In this document: piece after piece, positions 9,701 through 18,700 of the stretch
Numbering within the stretch: the stretch's first letter is position 1
Layout: every line of letters starts with the position of its first letter
IMG/VR virus record: IMGVR_UViG_3300017958_000032
Coordinates: 1-32,976 of that record
Direction: 5' to 3' (one strand)
DNA from: a virus
Lineage: Duplodnaviria > Caudoviricetes
Length of the DNA stretch: 32,976 bases
Notes under the pieces: model-generated
The model's database searches: none
Told to the model about the DNA's origin: nothing
What the model saw: only the letters and a program-made list of their open reading frames with translations
Program-made: the position numbers and the translations under genes

Positions 9701-12700
9701 TGAGTGTCTGTAAAATTAGTATAATATCCAGTTTTGTTTATTCTGTCAAATTTAATATTAATATCAAATGTTCTAACTTTTGTTTCACCAAGAATTGCTA
9801 CTGCTTTTGCAATATCCGTTGAACTACCATTACCACCAACCAACGAAATTGTAGGTGTCTTGGTATATCCTGATCCAGTCTGTATCATTCTAACACCAGA
9901 AACTTTACCATTGGAAACAAATGCCTGTGCAATCGCACCAGAACCGTTACCCTCAATTACTACTTTAGGAGCACTCGTGTAACCACTTCCTTGTTTTGAT
10001 ATAACAATTTGAGTAATACTATATCCGTTATTGTCAAGCCAGTATTTCCAAGGATAAGAATTTAATTCTGTACTAAATTCATTTATGGTACTAAACTTAC
10101 CCAACTCCTGAGAATATACAGTTGGTAAATCAAAGTCTGTTGTTGAAATAGGATTGTTCTGAATAGAATCGTATCTACTTACATATTCTCTAACAGTTGT
10201 TCGATATGGTTTTACTTCATTGATGTAACTTTCAAAACTTTCTAAGTTATCGTTTTTATAATTATTAGTTGTTTTAAAGTCACCAACATTGTGTATAGCA
10301 TTCAAGAAACTTGTCTTAAATGCCCAGTCAACATAAGTTTGTTCGTACATTACATATCTAACACAATTAAAGAATATTTCATTCCAATGAATATCATAAT
10401 CCCCAACAAAAATATCTTCCTTGACTGCCTTAAATATATTTCTTAATTCTGTTGTTGGTTCTAAATCGTATAGCCCTGTGTCAAAGCTCACGTTATTATC
10501 AAAACCTACACCGCTTGTTGTGATATCGTATAATGTGTTAGATAATTGTATCGTTCCATTAAATCTTCCAACAAGTTGATAATTTCCTAAAGGAACATTA
10601 CTAGTATCTGATAATTTTTCAAACACGGCCCAACCGCCAGATCCATATTCTTTTATTCTAATAAGATCACCGATCTCAGTAATGATCGTCGGTTCCTTAG
10701 AAACATCTGATATTTCCTTCGTCACTCTGGATGTAGGACCATATCCTGTTTTCCACCAATCAATATAACTCCAATATTTTCTAGTATCAAAGCCCTGTGA
10801 TGAACTTCTAAAGAAAGATTTTCTAACATCATCCCAAGCATAGATGGACCAATAATTATTTGCTGTATTATCTGTTTCCACCAATACAGAAAATCTTCTT
10901 ACGGAAACATTTGCATATGTATAATTTTTACCTGGTTTAGTAACGACAACAGCAATGATTCTTCCCTGTCCATCGATATGACACACTGCCTCTGCACCAG
11001 TACCGTCACCGTCAATAGTAACAGCAGGTCCTGCATACACTCCTGCAATTTCTTGATCAAATATTTCTTGTGGTCTATAACCAAAGCCCGAATTAACAAT
11101 GTTAATAGAACTGATCTCGTTATCTATAATGTTAGGAGAAAGTTGTGCTTGCTCCACTCTAACCGTACCAACAGTTTCTAAATCAATTAGTGTTGATACA
11201 CTGACGTCATATAGATATAAACTAGTATCAGGCTGTGCATCAAATAAACTTAAATTGTCAAAACTAATAATGTTAGCGAATGGCTGTTTTGTAAGAATTC
11301 CATTGATTGTCTCTATAGTTTGTTTTAGAATTTGTTTTCTATTAACAAACATGCTTTGTCTTGGTCTGAAACCAACTCCAAATTGTTGTTTTGCAGGTAT
11401 GGCAGGATCAGGAACTCTATTTCCTTGTTTGTCATAGCCTATTAAACTGTCAATCCATTTTGTTTCTAATTTCTTAGGTGGAATGCTGTCAGCAACTCCT
11501 TCAGTTAATAATTGATATTCATTATGGATTGCATTCTTAGCACTTCTGTCAATATAGTGTTCTATATTTAAAATTGTTGTATCGTTGGATACAATTGCTT
11601 TATAATTATAGAAAAATACTTTATTTGTATCAGCCAATGCGATATAGGTATTTCCAACAGTTGACGGATCACTAATCGATAGTGCAACAGATGCCGATGA
11701 AATCGTTCTACCCTTCATGTTTGAAGGAATTGTTGTCTTACTTTTTACCCAGTAATAATATTTTGTTTCAGTAACTAGACCCGTGTTTACATTTAAAAAT
11801 TCTTTATAACTATAAACTGTATCATCAGGATATAATGGTTGACCACTTATTCCTAATTGTAATCCTTCGGTCGAATCTGCTACAGATGACCATTCACTCG
11901 GTAACAATGGTGATTCTACCCATTCGTAAACATCGATGCTAGAACCCTCGGCTTGTTTACCCCAGTTCGCTAATCTATAAGCAGTATCGCCTTGTTCATA
12001 ATCTATCCACTTGGCTGTTGAAATATTCCACCATAACTTTCCAACGTTCTTATCGTACCAAGCAACACTTGAATCAACTGTAACTCCATCAATACCTACA
12101 TTGTATGTTGCAGGATCATATGGTGTTTTAAATGATAATTCTCTTTCTGCTTCTCTTAAAATTTTTAGTTTAGCAGGATCATATACTTCAAGATCTTGTA
12201 TCTTTGTGTCTGTTGTTGCATCATAAAGTGCAATTCTCTTAATAGATGACAAATCAACTTTATTTGTTTGTTGGCCGATTACTTCTAAAGAATTAATACC
12301 TAACTGTTTTCTAAACAGTCTAACCATTCCAACCGTAGTTCCGCTAAAATCTAATGTTGCTCCGTGAGTAGTTGGTTCAATGTAATCTGGCGATCCAACT
12401 AAAATAATATCCGCAGAAGCATGAACCGAATAACCAAAAGATTCGTTGAGAGAAAGATCATCTTGTAGTTTTTCTGCTAGGAAATATAGATCTCCTTTTT
12501 TCTCATAAACATAAACTGCTCCAGAATAACCACCATATGTTTTAAATGTTGTTCTGGAATTATCAAAGGATGTCTGACTTTCGTCAAATCTAATTGGTAA
12601 ATTATATCCTGTATTATTTGCACCTACAACTATTTTATTTGTGCTAGGTGATATAGAAACACTTTGTCCAAAATATTCGTTTGGATATTTTCCGTAACTA

Positions 12701-15700
12701 TCAATTTTTTGTTTTAATCTAAATCTATTTTCGCTAGAATCTGTTTCAAACTTAAAGATGTAAGCACTTCCTTGATTCTGATAGTTTCTATCTGCTTTAG
12801 GACTTGTAATTACTAAGGTATTACCGCTGTGATCAATTGATACAGCATAGCCTAATTGATCTCCGCTGTTAATGGTTTCCGTTTGTGCCAGATCACTAAT
12901 TTCTGCTAATGAGTCTGCCGTGATAGTTTGTATTAGATAATAATATCCTAGTTCATTTTTCTTATAGATGAAAACTTTACCCACAGATTCTGACGAACTG
13001 TCGCCGACATTGACCCACGGATAACCGCTATCAGGTGCTTGGTTATAACTTCTGATTGAACTGTCAGGCCCAACTGCATTACTACCTATGTTGTCTAATC
13101 TATGATAACCGTTTTGATATTTTACAACATCTCCTTGGATGTATTCAAAGTTTGCCTGCCAGTTTCCTCTATAGTTTGCAAAATATTGTCCATCGGCTTC
13201 CACAGCACTGATTACAAGAGTGTTTCCTGTATAATCTAATGCAACAGAACTACCAAATTTATCTCCGGCTTTAATAAGTTCTGCCAACTGCGAATTAGTT
13301 AAAATTCCTGTTGCTAAGGTAGAACCATCATCTTCGATGCTAACACTTTGAGGTAAAGATGTTAACGTATTAATGCTATCTAGTTTAATCCAATCCGAAG
13401 ACTCTATTGTAATTGTACTGCCGTCACCTTCATTATCTGCTAATGCTTTCCATAAATTACCAGCATAATATACAACACTATCTTTAGGATAGAATGTTTG
13501 TTGAGTTACTGTTCCTGTTCCTTCTGTCGGTCCTAAAGAAACAAACACCGTTCCCGGAGTATTGCTTGGAGCACCTACAAGACTAAAATTAGTAGTACCA
13601 GATGAAGTAATGGTGTAAGTTCTACCTGGTTTCATTTCAGTGGCTGCGAATGTTCCACCTGGTTCGTAAGTTCCTTTATAATCAGAATTTTGATCTAGTA
13701 CCCAACCGTCCGTTGCATCATAGATGTAAGTATAAACTCTTCCCTTTTCTTCGCTTGCTCCTGGTGCAGAAACTACCATAGAATAATTGCTGCCATTTTT
13801 TGCAAGTGCTATCTTACTACCAAATAGTTTATCACCGTCGGCTCTTGGACTTACAAAGTTATCCTGTAATGTCCATTGATTACCAACATACCTATATACA
13901 GAAATCATTCCCTGCTGTTCGTAGCCTTCATTAGTTCCTGTCTCTAGTGCTTGTACATTTTTAACAATTTCCCAATCATCACTATAAACGTTAATGGTGC
14001 TTCCATCGCCGATAATAGAAGTATTTGCTTTCCATAGTTGTCCAGCATAAAGAACAATGTCTCCGGCTGAATAATTTTCTATCGAACTGAACACTCCTTG
14101 ATAATTGCTTCTAATTCCACTAGCATAAGGAGCACCAATTACCAACCATTCGTTGTCAGGACTTAATGCAACCTCCTGTCCAAAGGTTCCAGTAGTTGTT
14201 GCTCTAAAGGAAGCAGGTGGTTCTAATATTTGTTTTACATCTAATCCTGCTGTTGTTTCTAAATAACAAACAACTATTCCAGAACCTGTAATTGAACTTA
14301 AAATCTGTTTTCTGACTTCAGCATAAACTACTTTTTTGCCTGCGTTTAAAGGTGTGCTTGTTCCGTAGTTGATAAGTTTCTTAGGAGAATATTGTTTATT
14401 TTTTTGTACAACTTCCCATAAACCGTTTTCATTTTTATCAACAAAAAGTTTTGAACCAGTTGATAGTAAAGCAAGATGTTCTACATCAATAGAAGTATAA
14501 TCGTCAAATCTTGCCTTGGTTAGCAATATCGGATATTTTATAGAACTTGGTTCAAAACCTATTTCTGCCGTTGCTGTAGATATCTCAAAAGAAATATGAA
14601 ATGCATCAACTGAAGTAATTTTTTGGAATCCAGTGATATCTCCCAAGTCAGTTAATCCGATGATATCTCCTACAGCCAGCCCGTGCCTTTTATTAAAAGT
14701 AATTGTGATTGTAGTTTTGTTCGCTGCAATGTCTGTCATGACAAGTTCTGGAACATAATTAATTCTTAGAACTGTCCACGAAGTATTGTCAAATGTTACC
14801 CAAATGTGGTCATTTTCATTGATGTTGTTTATGTCAATATTTAGAATATCATCTCTATTCTTTACAATGTATTTTACCTGAGTGTTCTTTACATAACCTG
14901 CAGTTTTCTGAACAACATCACTTGCTGTTGCATTAATAGATGTAGTATATGGTACAGGAGCATATAAGAAATCTGATCCGTCAACTCTATAATATCTATC
15001 AGCAAAATTTCCTTGTGCTGTTTCAGTTACAATAACCGGTTGTGGGTTTATCTTAAATTGATCAGTTTGTAATTGAATTTCAATATTATTTGACTGATCA
15101 CTACCACCAAACTCTCCTAGTTTAAATGCCCATTCTTCTTTTAATTTAATTCCGTTATTTGCTGTTCTTCCTAATTTATCAAATACCTTAGTTAAAGAAT
15201 TTGCTGTTCCTTTTTCTCTAATAAAGCCTTGATAAATTCTAAATTGTGTAACTTGATCCTCAGCAAGATTTTGTAAGTATTCTCTAGTTTGATAACCAAC
15301 TGTATGTCTTGCTAGATCTCTTTGGCTTGAGCTTAATCCTTCCGAATCAACATCAAAATAATCTTCTATTTGATTAACTCTATAATCAAAATTAGGAATT
15401 AATTTCTTGGTTGGGGTGGAATCTAATTTAGTCCAATTATCTGCATTAAATTCTTCCTTGCTTGTATGATTATATCTACTTGTATAGTTTATACCTTGGT
15501 AATTTGTAATGTCTCCAAGTCTATAATCCTTAAAAGGTTCCCATGATGCAATGTCCACATTATCAAATAAGAAACCCGGAGACGTATAATCACCGTCCCA
15601 GTCAACTGTGCGGAAACCTAGAACCTTAATTCTTTCCTGTCTATACCCTGTTGGTTTATCAAAAATAACATCGTTGAATACTGTTTTGTCATTAAAGATA

Positions 15701-18700
15701 GTTACATGTTCTTTAAGAACATAATTTACTTTTAGGTAATAAATTCCTCTAGTGGTATTGGTTGTAGAAATCGTAAATGATTGAAACTCTCTAAGAACAT
15801 CAATGTTTTGAGGTTGTATTGCTTCACCATTATCTGTTAAAACATTATAATCATAAAACCCGTCAAACAAATTATCAGCAACACCAACTGGTATTGAAAT
15901 TTTTAATCTTTCTGCGCCCGGGCTAAGTGTTATTAAACTTCCGACTGCCCAGTTATGGCTGGTCCAATACATAAATTCTCTGCAGGACGTTGTGAAATTT
16001 TGTATAACTTGATTATCAGGATCATAATTCTCAAAAACTATTCCTTGATCTTTTAGATATTCTTCGTATCCTAATAAAAAGTCTACAACGCTTTGAATGG
16101 AATTCAAAGTCGTTCCGTAACTTAATTTGTTTAAACTAAATCTATTAAAGTTTCTTCTTCTTTGGGCTGTTACTGCACCATTGACCGGTAGCTCTGGTAA
16201 TTTTGTCCATTTATCAGATTGAAATACATCGGTGCTTGTATGAGTTTCTTTGGATCTATAATAATCGTTTCTATACTGTACTATTGCACCGTTATTAAAT
16301 TTTTGATTTGTCGTCCATTCAACATATGTTGTTGATACACCTCCAACTGAAATTGTTGGATCCTTCTGATTAGCGATCGAAGTATAATATGAAAAATAAG
16401 GATTAACGTCATCGTATCCATTAATGATCCAACCACCTTCTGTCTTTTCAAGAATTACTCCACTATACGAAACACTTCCAATGGGCGAACTTACATTAAA
16501 AATAATGTTGTAATTTTCGGCCGGAACAAATATGCTTGAAGAAGAAGAACTAGGACTCTTACTATCCAATAGATATTTCTGCTGATCCTTATCAACGAAA
16601 CCATTCAGCCTAGATGACAATCTTACATTTATATTAGAAAGTATATCCTGTCCTGATTGTATTGTGTTTCCTAAACTTCTAATGTAACTAGAAATGTATA
16701 TGCTTAACCCAGAAGATTGTGTTTCGCCAGGAACTGGTAAAACAATCTGATTAGATTTAATAAAAACATTCGATGTTGCGTTTACAATTTGATTAACTGC
16801 ATTTCTCTTTGTCTTGGATCTATCAAAATTACTAATTATAAATTCGAATGGTCTAAGCAATGACAAAGCAATCATTATTACAAAAGGAAATTCACTGCTT
16901 GATCTATAAGCATATTCCGACGGAGAAACATCTCCAAGTTGAAAACTTCCTTTGTTGTTAATTAAAGTAAAATTAGTTGCCAGGCCGCTGTCCAATGGAC
17001 TTAATAATATTCCATCTGCATCAACAGGAAGATGATTCATGATCGATGTGCGGGCATATCTCTTATAAGTTCCTGCCCTGTCACCGTGTCTAATTATACC
17101 ATCTCTAATATCTTCCCACAGAATTAAGTTACCACTAGTATAAGGCGCCGGGCCATATTCGTCTTCCCACCAAGTTGGTTTTTCAGAGAATCCTAAACAT
17201 TCCCAAGGACAACGGTGCGGTCTATCTGTATCATAAAAATGTTTATATACACCTCTCCACCATCCGGGAATATTTTCCAATTTTGTTGGATCCGTCATGT
17301 TCGAATAAGTGTATGTAAACGTTTCAGTTTCTTTGAAATAATCGTTTGTTGTGTATGATAGATTAGTATTTGCAACCCATCTTAAAAACTCTTGGCTTGC
17401 TACGCTATCAAAATCATCTTTTGTAAATAATGCATTCTTGTAATATCCTCCAAGGTTTCCATCGATATCAAAAACTTTAGAATCATATTCTTGCTTAATA
17501 TTGTTATAAATTCTATATTCTAATTCTAACAGTAGATCATCTCTGTAATCATTATATGCAATAGTGATGCTTCCGTCGTGTCCTTGTATAACATATTGAG
17601 GATCTCTATAAGTATCATCTAAGAACTTCATAGGAGTATACTTCTTATACAAACCGATCGATGACGGAGTTGCAGGAATATGACTAAATGCTGTTGAAAC
17701 ATATTCTTTTATTTCGATTATGTCTCCTTCGTTTAGATCCAGCGTTAATCTAACAAAACCAAATGTTGAATCAAAATCATAATCTCTGCCATTTAATAGT
17801 TGTAAATTATTTCTATAAATGTAAACTGCTCGTCTGCTTAGTGTGTTTAAATCAAATTTTTCACTAAGAGTAAAAGTTTTAATTCCTGTGTCTTCAACAG
17901 TATACGTTAAAAGATTATATGCACCCGTACCGATCATGTCCGAGTCAGAGAAAGGACTATTAATTGACTTTGTTCTTGTAAGACTTTCAATGATTTGATC
18001 TACTTGACTAGAAGGATCATCGTTAGTAAATTGTAACTCTGTTGATTTCTTTAAGAAATTTTCTTTGAATATAGAATACTGTTTCTTAGCAAATTGCAAT
18101 GACTTAATTAAATTAATTTCTCTATCACAAATCATCGCTATTGCTGAAGCAGCAATTCCGCTGTGCTTTAAGAATCTCTTTGAATTTTGTTGAAAATCTG
18201 AAATATCTCTTAAATTGTTTACACCCGGCAATGACCCAACAAATCTATCATCAAAGTCTAAAGAAGTTCTAATATGATCAGTTGCCTGTCCTAATGTAAA
18301 AGAAGTTAATGTTGTGTTTAAAGGATTTTTTTCAAGTCCAACAGGAATTTCATAATATCCGCCAACAGGTTCTATGTCTCCAACAATCTTAACTGTGATT
18401 ACATCCTTGGCTGCAAATGTTTTGTTAAAGGTAAATGTTTGTTGATCTCTTGTGTACGAATCATCTGCTAACTTAATTGAATTTTGATAAAAATTAATTT
18501 CCATATCAGATGTTAACAATTCCCAATCAACAGTGTTGAAAACAACTGACGATGTTGCTTCTTCAACTATAACCGAATCTACTATAGGTTGGAGATATTT
18601 CTTATTTGTTAATATCCATCCGTTATCTAAATTTTCATTAATTTTAAAATAGGAAGTATTAATATTTTTTGAATAAACTTTTTGATTTTCTGTGTAACTA

